64,000 nt of DNA, taken from NCBI GenBank assembly GCA_963662655.2, contig CAXXTU010000002.1, forward strand, positions 3,264,001-3,328,000, written 5' to 3'. Each line of letters starts with the position of its first letter. Positions within the stretch are counted from its first letter, which is position 1. A program made the translations under genes and the position numbers. The notes below the pieces were generated by a model, which was not told the origin of the DNA, did no database searches, and was given only the letters and a program-made list of their open reading frames with translations. Positions 27,256-36,599 of the stretch are shown one piece after another. This DNA comes from Candidatus Cloacimonadales bacterium (GTDB taxonomy: Bacteria; Cloacimonadota; Cloacimonadia; Cloacimonadales; JAIOQZ01).

Positions 27256-29258
27256 ATTGGATGACATGCTCGGAATTGCAGGACATGTTGAACGTATCAC
27301 GTCCGACAGCAGTCAAGATAGCGCGGGAGAAGGGATGGGAGTCACGCTACGAGACCTTGCCGCAGGGAGGGCGTCGCAAGCTGTATGCTGTCCCAGATGA
27401 GAGGACTGAGACGCCGACAGAGCCAGAAACAGCACACGATTCAGAAGAGGACGAACAAGAAGAGTCAGTCTCGATTTCGGTACCAGCTCTACGGGACGAG
27501 ACGATACCCGACCTGCGCCCCAGGCACACCGAACCCATGCATTTTCAGGAGCAGGCGCATCTGCGTGCGCAGCTCTGCGACGCCATTCTTGAAGTCCTGA
27601 GTCGGGCTGACTCCAAGACGGATGCGTGGAAGACAATCGTCGAAGCTTACAACGACAGACGCTTCATGCCGGAGCTGTACGTGGTCGAGGGACATCGCGG
27701 CGAGCGGACATTGCGTCGTTGGGTGCGGAACTACGTCAAAGCGGGACGAGACGCCAGGTCGCTCATCCGCAAGTACACGGTCGCGGAAGCCACACGTAAG
27801 GCGACAGAGACCGAACAGAACTTCCTGCTGCACCTGCTGCTCAACCCCAATCGCATATCCATCGGGTCGGCCATCCGCAAGCTGAAGCAGATGGAAACCT
27901 TGCAGAAGCTGGAGTCACCATCGAGCGAACGAACGCTTCGCCGCTGGTGCGAGGAGTGGCGCGACAGCCACAAACCTGAATGGAACCTGCTCCGCAACGG
28001 CAAGAAAAGCCTCAAGGAGACCGGCATTTTGAGTGTTCTGAGGAGCGACGAACTCGAGGTCGGCGATGTGTGGGTGGCGGACGGTCACAAGCTCGCTTTC
28101 GACATCATCGATCCGGCTACCGGAAAGCCCAGGCGCATGACGATGATCATGTTCTTCGACTGGGCTTCCCGTTACCCGGTGGGAGCGTCGCTGGCGGTTT
28201 CGGAGGACTCGCAGCATGTTCTTCTCGCACTTCGCAACTCGATTATGCATTGGGGAGGCAGGCCGAAATACGTCTATCTCGATAACGGTAAGGCGTTTCG
28301 CTCAAAACTATTCAACAAGCAGTGGGAGAAGCACGACCTGAGCAAGGAGCTGGTGGGTATCTTCCCGCGACTCGGTATTGGCGTGACGTTCGCCAAGGCA
28401 TACAACGCGCGTGCCAAGGTGGTGGAAAGGTTCTTCAGGACGTTTCAAGACGACTTCGAACGGTACATGAGCACCTTCCGGGGCGGTTCCATCGACGACA
28501 AACCTGCCACGCTCAAGCGCAACGAGAAGTGGGTGCTCAACATCTTCGAAGGCAAGCCGCTGACCATCCCGCAAGCGAAGGCGATGATCGGACTTTACAT
28601 AGAGAAGATGTACGGCTTGACGCCCCATACCGGAATCGGCGGACGCAAGCCCTTCGAAGTATTCCACGAAGCGGGGATACCAGCGGAGCAACAAATCGAC
28701 CTGACTCAACTCAACTTCCTGATGCTCTCCGCCACAGACCGCGTGGTGCAGGCGTCCGGAGTTCGCTTCAGCAACATCCATTTCTGGCACGACGAGCTTA
28801 TTCAGCACATCGGCGACAAGGTCACGATACGCTACGACCTGATGGACATGCGCTCGGTGCTCATCTACGACGCGAAAAACCGCTTCATTTGCCAAGCTGA
28901 GGCGCGACGTCACCAGCATCCGTTCATCCATCTCGCCAAGGACAAGCCGCAAGCGCAGAAGGCTCTCCAGAAGGAGTTGCAAAGCATCCGCAAGCTCGAG
29001 AAAAACGTGCAGGAATCGTCCGAGAAGATACTTCTGAAGGTCAACGAAGCCGTCGGCCAGATACAGCAGCCGATGACCGACCAGATCGGCGAGATTTTCG
29101 CAGATCAACCGCTGATCGAGCAGCCGGAGCCGACGCTGACCATCGACGACATCGTCAAGGCGTCGGCGGAGACCGAGACCATTCAAGAAGAGCGAAAGTC
29201 TGGCGAGGATGACGAACCCAGCTTCGCTGAACTGATGAAAGCAATTGGAATAGGATAG
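27252..29258 (+). CDS. Mu-like DDE transposase (MuA)
   Basis: N-terminal Mu HTH (GGRRKLY); 'SERTLRRW' HTHs; DDE triad VADGH / YLDNGKAF / AKVVERFF; Mu C-terminal 'V.IRYD..D...V.IYD'. Confidence 0.93.
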   Translation: MNWMTCSELQDMLNVSRPTAVKIAREKGWESRYETLPQGGRRKLYAVPDERTETPTEPETAHDSEEDEQEESVSISVPALRDETIPDLRPRHTEPMHFQEQAHLRAQLCDAILEVLSRADSKTDAWKTIVEAYNDRRFMPELYVVEGHRGERTLRRWVRNYVKAGRDARSLIRKYTVAEATRKATETEQNFLLHLLLNPNRISIGSAIRKLKQMETLQKLESPSSERTLRRWCEEWRDSHKPEWNLLRNGKKSLKETGILSVLRSDELEVGDVWVADGHKLAFDIIDPATGKPRRMTMIMFFDWASRYPVGASLAVSEDSQHVLLALRNSIMHWGGRPKYVYLDNGKAFRSKLFNKQWEKHDLSKELVGIFPRLGIGVTFAKAYNARAKVVERFFRTFQDDFERYMSTFRGGSIDDKPATLKRNEKWVLNIFEGKPLTIPQAKAMIGLYIEKMYGLTPHTGIGGRKPFEVFHEAGIPAEQQIDLTQLNFLMLSATDRVVQASGVRFSNIHFWHDELIQHIGDKVTIRYDLMDMRSVLIYDAKNRFICQAEARRHQHPFIHLAKDKPQAQKALQKELQSIRKLEKNVQESSEKILLKVNEAVGQIQQPMTDQIGEIFADQPLIEQPEPTLTIDDIVKASAETETIQEERKSGEDDEPSFAELMKAIGIG

Positions 29259-29274
29259 ACGGAGGTTTATTAGC

Positions 29275-30009
29275 ATGAAAGAAAGGGTATTAGCGGAAAC
29301 CGCGAACGTGAAAGGCGCGAAGAAATGCATCGCCTACCTGCAGAACCGACCCAAGACCGAGATGGTCGGCTTGGGACTTCTCTACGGCGCGCCGGGACTG
29401 GGTAAGACCCGCTTCGCCAAGCGGCTCGCCTACACCAACGACTACATTTACCTGCGACTCGAAGCCTCGATGACGGCGAAGGTGTTCGCGCGCGAGCTGC
29501 TTAGCCTTCTTCACTACCGGTACGATGTCTCCGGTGAAGGCTACCACGGTTCAACGAGTACGCTGTTTCGCCGCTGTATCAACGAGCTGCAGGCACATCC
29601 GGACGCCGTTATCGTCATCGATGAGATCGATTACGCCTTCAACCAGCCGATGCTGCTCGGTTCGATCCGAGACATCGTCGACGAGACGCTGGCCATCGTG
29701 GTGTTGGTCGGTATGAAGGACGCCTGTGAGAAGCTGCTCAAGGCAAACGCGCACTATTTCGACAGGTGTAACTACTTCTACGAGTTTCAGCGGCTGTCCC
29801 GCGCAGACGTCCAGCTTGTTTGCAACGCCGTCTCGGACGTCAAAATGTGCTCCGATCTCCTGAGCTACATCCACAAGACCACGCATGGCAACTTCCGACA
29901 GATGATCAAGATTATCGAAGCGGTCGAGAAGGTCGCCGCCGCCATGAACCTGTCTGAAGTCGCGCTCAGCGATCTGCTCGAAACGCAGGAGTTGAAGAAT
30001 GCGTCCTAA
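29275..30009 (+). CDS. MuB-like AAA ATPase
   Basis: Walker A GAPGLGKT, Walker B IVIDEID, GNFR; directly follows the transposase. Confidence 0.9.
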   Translation: MKERVLAETANVKGAKKCIAYLQNRPKTEMVGLGLLYGAPGLGKTRFAKRLAYTNDYIYLRLEASMTAKVFARELLSLLHYRYDVSGEGYHGSTSTLFRRCINELQAHPDAVIVIDEIDYAFNQPMLLGSIRDIVDETLAIVVLVGMKDACEKLLKANAHYFDRCNYFYEFQRLSRADVQLVCNAVSDVKMCSDLLSYIHKTTHGNFRQMIKIIEAVEKVAAAMNLSEVALSDLLETQELKNAS

Positions 30010-30211
30010 CATTCCTGCGAAGCGTATCATCGACCGATTTATCGAATACCATAGGAGACCATTTAGGGTGGCTGATGTAGCGAACGACACGGGACTTCAT
30101 CCTAAGACTGTGCGCAATCTCATGCCGCAGTTCGTCGAAGAAGAGCGCAATAAGGCTTCATTGTACAGAGTGAAGGAAAAACTGCTTGGACTATTTCCAT
30201 CGTATTATTGA
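29999..30211 (+). pseudogene. Truncated phage HTH gene that reads into the cargo insert
   Basis: HTH-like 'F.VADVA..TGLHPKTVR'; the 3' end overlaps the AT-richer antisense cargo gene. Confidence 0.55.
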
Positions 30212-30961
30212 ATTCTTCGATGTTTGATCCATTTGTACATTAATAAATTGGTCAATTTTATCAGGGTCAGGATTTTTACGATCAGGTTCTACTTGCTCAT
30301 ACCAGGTCTCCCAATTAGCAGGATCAAGAAAGGTAATCAGCCCAACCCCAAATTCATTGCAAAGGTCAATCAATTCATCAACCTGCTGTGTATTATCCTC
30401 TAATTGCACAACAAGGTAACTATAATGAGAGAAGAGAGAATGAGATGCCGTTTCAAAAACTCCGGTTTTATCTTTATGATAGCCTTTGGGTTTAACTTCA
30501 AAAGTTATTACTTCTATTGAGCGACCAATTTGATATTGATAGGATTTGAGGGCTACAATAGTAATATCTGGTCGCGACCATTTCCCACCGGTTCGTTTCC
30601 TACCTTGGTTAGCAGTAATCTCAATTACAAAATTCTTATCTAAGCGTTTGTCTTTCACCCAGTCCTGTGCAATCACTTTCTTAATATCCGGATACAGGTC
30701 TTTCTCAAGCTTTGCTTCGTGTTGGTCACTTTCTATGATTTCTACATCAGAATTTAAAGGTTCAGTGTCAACGAGTTTGGTAGCGCCTCCCTTGCCCCGT
30801 CCCATTGTTACTTTACCTTCGTCAATCAATTCATTTCTTGCTTCAAAGAATGAATCAGGTGATATTTTAAGGTTTCTCTGCAGTGTAATATTTCCTATAA
30901 TACCATCCGTTGACAGTCTCAGCTCATTCAGAATTCGCTGTTTGATATCATTGATTTCCAT
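30191..30961 (-). CDS. Cargo: winged-helix + PD-(D/E)XK nuclease-like protein (candidate restriction/defence gene)
   Basis: wHTH ending GRGKGG; E..LY...RPDI...TFEVK motif; AT-rich; own TTGACA at 31019-31024 (-). Confidence 0.7.
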   Translation of the reverse strand: MEINDIKQRILNELRLSTDGIIGNITLQRNLKISPDSFFEARNELIDEGKVTMGRGKGGATKLVDTEPLNSDVEIIESDQHEAKLEKDLYPDIKKVIAQDWVKDKRLDKNFVIEITANQGRKRTGGKWSRPDITIVALKSYQYQIGRSIEVITFEVKPKGYHKDKTGVFETASHSLFSHYSYLVVQLEDNTQQVDELIDLCNEFGVGLITFLDPANWETWYEQVEPDRKNPDPDKIDQFINVQMDQTSKNSIIRWK

Positions 30962-31050
30962 AATCCCTTTCTCCTCTTCTATGTTTCAAGATGGATATTC
31001 ATCGAACAATAATAATGTTGTCAAATCATTTAGGGTATGTACGCAATTTT

Positions 31051-31242
31051 ATGAATAGCTACCAACCGGATGAAATCGCGGGCTGCTTGAACGTCAACAT
31101 CTCGACGGTGTACCGGATGATCCGCAGCATAGATGAACCGCTTCCCGCGTTCAGACTGAAGTCGAACGGTCAGCTTCGCGTTCACGGGCAGTCCCTGAAC
31201 AGTTATCTGGCGACGCATCAGGTCGACCCGCTGAACGAGTGA
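31051..31242 (+). CDS. Excisionase-like HTH protein
   Basis: 'EIA..LNV..STVYR.I....LPAFR...GQLRV' pattern. Confidence 0.75.
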   Translation: MNSYQPDEIAGCLNVNISTVYRMIRSIDEPLPAFRLKSNGQLRVHGQSLNSYLATHQVDPLNE

Positions 31243-31700
31243 TGGCCGAAAACTACGAAGCCAAACGCGAAAGCTGCCGCGAGATGTTCCTCGCGGGGCG
31301 GACTGTCGTGCGCGAGCTGGCCGACGTGCTCAGCGTCACGCCCAAGACGGTGCGCAAGTGGATCAGGGAGGGCGGCTGGCGTGACGAGCTGGACGAGCTC
31401 GAAACTCTCGACGCGAAGATTCGGCTCAACATCCGCCGCGCCCTCCTGATGGCCCTCAAGCAGTACGCCGACAACCCGCAGGACACGGCGCTGCAGTCGT
31501 TGGTATCGCTCCTGAAGCAGTATCAGAAGGAGCTGGAGCCGAGTAAGGACTTGATCGACCACATGAAGCGGTTCCTGGACTGGCAGATCGATTTCTACCA
31601 CGCTCGCGGCGACGAAGCGACTGCCAAAGCCATTCAGCGCGAGATACTCGGCGACGACGGGCTCGTGGCCTACTTCATGAGTCGCGCCAGCCATGCCTAA
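31239..31700 (+). CDS. Putative terminase small subunit
   Basis: N-terminal HTH (ELADVLSVTPKTVRKW...GW) immediately upstream of TerL. Confidence 0.7.
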   Translation: MMAENYEAKRESCREMFLAGRTVVRELADVLSVTPKTVRKWIREGGWRDELDELETLDAKIRLNIRRALLMALKQYADNPQDTALQSLVSLLKQYQKELEPSKDLIDHMKRFLDWQIDFYHARGDEATAKAIQREILGDDGLVAYFMSRASHA

Positions 31701-33296
31701 ACCGACCCAGAAAGACCTGCGCTTCTTCACTTCCGTCGCGGCGAAGACACCGTCGGTCAAACCCTTCCCCGACGACTCCCCGCAAGCTCGCAAGGCGCGC
31801 ATCGAACGCGCCACAGGCGAGGGTTGGTCGTCCTTTTCCTTCTTCTGCTGCAGCTACTTCCCGCATATCTTCGAGCACCCCTTCTGTGACTGTCACCGCG
31901 AGATGTTCGAGGTGGTGGAAGCCGAGAGCGGCGTTACCGCCATCACGGGATTTCGCGGCTTGGGCAAGACCGTGCTCATGGGCGTCGTCTATCCGATCTG
32001 GCGGGTGATCAAGGGCGAGAGGTACGTGATCCACACGGCCGCCGACGTCGATCTGGCGGAGGAGAGGACGGCGTTCACCTTCAACGAGCTGACCAACAAC
32101 AAGCGGCTTCTCGGCGACTTCGACGACCTGCGTCCCATCGACACGACCGAGGATGATTTCTACCTCCGCAACCGCTGCCGTATTCGCGCACGAGGTGTGA
32201 AGCAATCCTTTCGCGGCTCGATCAATCCCCGCACCTCCACGCGCCCCGGCCTGATCGTCTGTGACGACATCGACAAGGAAGAGAACGTCGGGAACCAGAC
32301 CATCGGCAGGCGGCGCATGGACAAGATCGTGCAGGAGATCGGCGGCGCGCTCGATCCATCTGGTACGGGCAAGGTGATCTGGCTCGGCAACCTCGTCCAC
32401 CCCAACTACGCGATATGCCAGTTCATGGAGTCGATCGTCGAGGAGATCAAGTCCGACAACGACTCCTTCAATCCGGACGACATCCAGCATCTGTTCGCAG
32501 AGGGAAGGCGGCTGCTGCGCTTCTCTCTGGAAACCGATGACGGCAAGTCGGTCTGGGAAAAGCAGTACCCGACCAGCGAGCTGCCTTTGCTGCGCCGCAA
32601 GTTCGGTCACACGGGCTATCAGCGCGAGTTTCTCGGCGTGCCGGTGATCGAGGGCAACATGTTCAAGCACCACTGGTTCAAGCGGTATTCACACCTGCCC
32701 AAGCGCATGAAGCGCGTCTGGATGTACGCCGACCCAGCATTAAAGGTAGTCGCTCTCGGTATTTTGCTTCGCAAAAACCTGGCGCTGGCGGTTTTCACTT
32801 CGTTCAAACAGGCTGCTACAAAGCCATAATCTCCCTGGGCTACGACGGCTTGAAGTTCTACATGATCCACTGCTGGGTGCGCCAGACCGAAAACTCGCGT
32901 TTCTTCCAGTTCTACTACGACGCCTGCGACGAGCTGTCGCACCGCTTCGGGGTCCGCTTCCGCGCCGCGATGGAGACCAATTACGGGCAGCACCGCATCC
33001 TCGCCGACTTCGACCGCTGGTGCCGCGAGAACGGGCGCAATCCCATCTCGCACCGTATCCGGCGCGTCAACAACGACCGCAACAAGGCTCTGCGCATCGA
33101 GCGCGTGGACACCGTCATCGAGACCGGCAAGGTCGTCTTTCCCGACGGGCAGGACACGCCGACCCTCGTCAGCCAGTTCCTCACCTATCCGCAGGGCTAC
33201 GTCGATGGCCCGGACGCCCTCGCAGGCTGCCTCGAACGCTTCCCCGAATACGACACCGGCCGCAACAGAACCAGAGTTCGGAGCTTCCGGTTTTGA
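31693..33296 (+). pseudogene. Terminase large subunit, split by a frameshift/insertion at ~32740-32810
   Basis: ATPase (GFRGLGKT, LIVCDDID) in frame to YADPA; the nuclease domain continues in the -1 frame from GCYKAIISLGYDG (32811) to DGPDALAG. Confidence 0.85.
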
Positions 33297-34171
33297 CCTA
33301 CTTCGACCGCATCATGCTCGAGTACTACCGCGTCCTCAACAACGCCTGGCAGCGCGAGGTGCGCGAGTCGGCGATGCAGGCCATCAGGGCGTTGTCGGAC
33401 ATTCCACGTCACGAGCGGCTCAATCGCACCCATATCGACGACGTTCTCGCCGTCATTGACTCCAACCTCGGCGAGGATTTTTCGTCCGCTGTGCGAGCCG
33501 AGACGAAGGCGTACATCCAGCGGTGCATGCTGCCGGGCTTAAACGACGCGCAAAAGCAGGTTCCGCACAACACTCGCATCGGCTTGTACGGTGCGCGTGA
33601 AAAGCGTCTCGAGACCGTCATCACCCGCCAGAACCTTTTCTGGATCGGCGAACGCTACGGCACGGACATTTCGCAGAAGTTTCGCTCCACACTGACCGAG
33701 GCTGTCGCGTCAGGCTACACGAAAAAGATGTTGCAAGAGAAGCTCGCGGAGCAGTTCAAGGACTTGGGCGCGAAGTCGCAGCACTACTGGCAGGGGCTTG
33801 CGGAGCATACCGCGCTGAGGATTCGGGAGTTTGGAAGGCTGGAGGGGTATCGCAAGGCCGGCGCAAGGTACTACCGGCTGGTGGTCGTCCTCGATGATCG
33901 TACGTCGGATATCTGCCGCGCCCTTGCCGCGCAGAACAAGGTCTATCCGCTCTCCGACGCGCTCGATGTGATGGAAGACCTGCTCGCCATCGATCCGAAG
34001 CAGCACAGCCTCGAATCCGCGCGAGAACGCACGAAGGAGCTTGCGCCGTGGGTCAGCGACGACCAGATAGAGCGAAACGCATCCGGCAAGCCCACCGGCG
34101 TCTCAGGAAGCCACACGCCTTTCCCGCCGTTCCACTGGAAGTGCAGGACAGGGACGGAGGTGGTGATTTAG
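33293..34171 (+). CDS. Phage head morphogenesis protein (Mu gpF/SPP1 gp7-like)
   Basis: 'LDDRTSDICR' and 'PPFHWKCRT' motifs; TTG start overlapping the TerL stop. Confidence 0.85.
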   Translation: MTYFDRIMLEYYRVLNNAWQREVRESAMQAIRALSDIPRHERLNRTHIDDVLAVIDSNLGEDFSSAVRAETKAYIQRCMLPGLNDAQKQVPHNTRIGLYGAREKRLETVITRQNLFWIGERYGTDISQKFRSTLTEAVASGYTKKMLQEKLAEQFKDLGAKSQHYWQGLAEHTALRIREFGRLEGYRKAGARYYRLVVVLDDRTSDICRALAAQNKVYPLSDALDVMEDLLAIDPKQHSLESARERTKELAPWVSDDQIERNASGKPTGVSGSHTPFPPFHWKCRTGTEVVI

Positions 34172-34233
34172 GGGATTTGTAGGAGTAAAAGGGACCAACG
34201 AGGAAAACTGGCGGTAATGCCAGTTGTCGGTGT

Positions 34234-34533
34234 TTATGGAGCTAATTCTTCGTCGGGGTCGGTGAAGTCTGCGGTGTTTTCAGGTGCGTTCATGAAATCG
34301 GCTACGTCTTGCCGGGGGGCTTCCCAGTTAAGGATGCGGCCTGTCTCGATGTCGATTTCGAGGTTGATGTAATCTCCCCAGTGCTGCTCCGGCATGAACT
34401 CGGGAACCGGGCCATCGTAGTTCTTCATTACTTCGCCGTCTTCATCCTTGAAAGTAGCTCGCATGCTACCTGAAATCTTCGCGTTGATGATCATCGTCTT
34501 CGGGGTGATCTCTGTGGTCTTTTTCGTCTCCAT
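34234..34533 (-). CDS. Small acidic phage-type hypothetical protein
   Basis: 'YDG.VP.FMP..H.GDYI.L.ID..TG.I.NW' motif; separated from its RBS by a 49-nt insert. Confidence 0.6.
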   Translation of the reverse strand: METKKTTEITPKTMIINAKISGSMRATFKDEDGEVMKNYDGPVPEFMPEQHWGDYINLEIDIETGRILNWEAPRQDVADFMNAPENTADFTDPDEELAP

Positions 34534-34809
34534 CGGGCGGTCGCTTCGCGATCCGCAAGGGCCGTTCCCCTTGGGAACGCATAAGTCTCCTTTGTGCTCC
34601 TAAGTATGTCTCTACGATAAAGATCGCGCAAAGGAAGTCAAGTGCTTCAACGCTCATTGTAAACGATCAAACTTATGGGATAATTCAGGATTCGATGGGT
34701 AATCGTGTGATTATTGTGAAATCCTAAGAAAATCCAAAATCTTGCTTGACACGATCTGAAAGATTATTAAAATCATGAATAATTGGGATGAATGTTTAGG
34801 GAGTTAGAC

Positions 34810-36378
34810 ATGAGATACCTCACAATTACCATCTTACTAACCGCCTGCGTACTGCTATATACCGAAAACCAACTCGACATCGTTTGGGAAATGCAGGGTG
34901 AACAAGCAAGTGATGATTTTGGTAAATATGTAACCGCTTTAGACTTTAATGGTGATGGGATTGATGATTTGGCTGTAAATGCCAGACGATATTATAATGA
35001 TTCTGATCATGTTCTGCATAGGGGGAAACTCTATATTTATTTTGGTTCAGATACTGGTTTGGCAGTGACGCCTGATATCACAATATCTGCTCCAGCAGAT
35101 ACAACCTTCCATCATATTGTTGGATTTGAATATTTAAGTAACCTTGGCGATATGAACAATGATGGATGTGATGACATCGGATACAATTATATTGAAGTTA
35201 CCTATGATAGCCTTTATCATACATACCGTCAAATGAAGATATTGCTCGGTAATACCGAAAACGACACCATCCCTGACTACGAATATGAAATCAATGATAC
35301 ATATGCCGAGATCCACGCCCTTGGTGATATCAATGGCGACGGTTACGACGACGCAGGAATTACCGATGTCGAAAACATGCTAACTTACTCCATCGTTTAT
35401 GGTGGCAGTTTTGAGAAGGTGGTTTTTGTGGATGGGATTTATACAAGAGGTTACAAAGGATTCTGGGGATTGGGTGATGTAAATAATGATGGTTTCGATG
35501 ATTTCACATACCACTATGAGGGATCAATGATCAATGGAACGCGAAATTACCATAACAATTTCTTCTTTGGGGAAGCCGTACAAGACACGATGCCTGACCA
35601 TCGAATGGTACTTGAAACGAACGTCGGAGCTGTATTCCAACTTGTCCCTGCGGGAGATTGGAATGGTGACGGATATGATGACTTTGCCCTCAATGGATAT
35701 GATCCTGGTTTAGGGTGCAGACTTTGGCGTGGTGGCGATACCATAAATTGGGACTGGTATGGGCATATATATTTCTTTTCGAATTTATTCCCTTCATTTG
35801 GCGATCTGAATGGTGATGGGAAAGGAGATTTGGTTTCAACCTTTACCGTAACCTCCGACGGTGGTTACCTCTATTTCTATCTGGGCGCACAAAATGGAAC
35901 ATACGATTATCATAGCTACACAGCCGAAGACGGGTATGGATGTACCGTAGGACACGCGGTCGGAGACTTCGATAACGACGGCTACGACGATATAGCTGTA
36001 GGAGCTTATGGAGATGGATCGGATCATTTATACAATTGGGGTTACGTATTCGTTTATGGTGGACACGAGGATTTAGTCGAGCAAGATCTCGATCCGGTAG
36101 ATGACGAGACGGTGCCGCCTTCGGATATCACGTTCAATGCCTATCCCAATCCCTTCAATCCAGAAGTGTCGTTTGAAGTCAAGAGTAATCATGAATACAA
36201 AGAATTGAGAATAGAGATATTTAATGTCAAAGGGCAGAAGATAGAAACGATCACGGTTGATCATGCCGGTGAGACCGTAATCTGGAAACCGAAAGACAAA
36301 GCGAGTGGAATCTACACCTGCAAACTTTCGGCCCAGGGCAAGGAGTTGAGTATTCGGAAAGTAACATTAATGAAATAA
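34810..36378 (+). CDS. Cargo: FG-GAP/integrin-like repeat protein with FlgD/T9SS-type CTD
   Basis: Repeated 'GD.N.DG.DD'; YPNPFNP...KVTLMK; promoter TTGACA 34746 / TAAAAT 34768. Confidence 0.9.
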   Translation: MRYLTITILLTACVLLYTENQLDIVWEMQGEQASDDFGKYVTALDFNGDGIDDLAVNARRYYNDSDHVLHRGKLYIYFGSDTGLAVTPDITISAPADTTFHHIVGFEYLSNLGDMNNDGCDDIGYNYIEVTYDSLYHTYRQMKILLGNTENDTIPDYEYEINDTYAEIHALGDINGDGYDDAGITDVENMLTYSIVYGGSFEKVVFVDGIYTRGYKGFWGLGDVNNDGFDDFTYHYEGSMINGTRNYHNNFFFGEAVQDTMPDHRMVLETNVGAVFQLVPAGDWNGDGYDDFALNGYDPGLGCRLWRGGDTINWDWYGHIYFFSNLFPSFGDLNGDGKGDLVSTFTVTSDGGYLYFYLGAQNGTYDYHSYTAEDGYGCTVGHAVGDFDNDGYDDIAVGAYGDGSDHLYNWGYVFVYGGHEDLVEQDLDPVDDETVPPSDITFNAYPNPFNPEVSFEVKSNHEYKELRIEIFNVKGQKIETITVDHAGETVIWKPKDKASGIYTCKLSAQGKELSIRKVTLMK

Positions 36379-36599
36379 TTTCTGCCTTCACAAAGCAGGG
36401 CGAGATCGTCGAATGTTGTGATTTTATGGGGCGAAATCATGTTCATAGAAATACAGGAAAGCAGGATACTGGAGGGTATGGAGGGAATCCTTCGCACTAT
36501 CATCCCTACCTCCTAACGGTGAATAAAACGCTCATCATGGTTTTATTTCTTCTATGTCTTGAAACAAATGGTGAGTAATAAAAGTACTTGGAGGTAGTT

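Noticed and set aside
32745..32810. Integron attC site
   Set aside because: The hairpins resemble attC terminal loops, but no RYYYAAC/GTTRRRY core pair, cassette array or integron integrase is visible.
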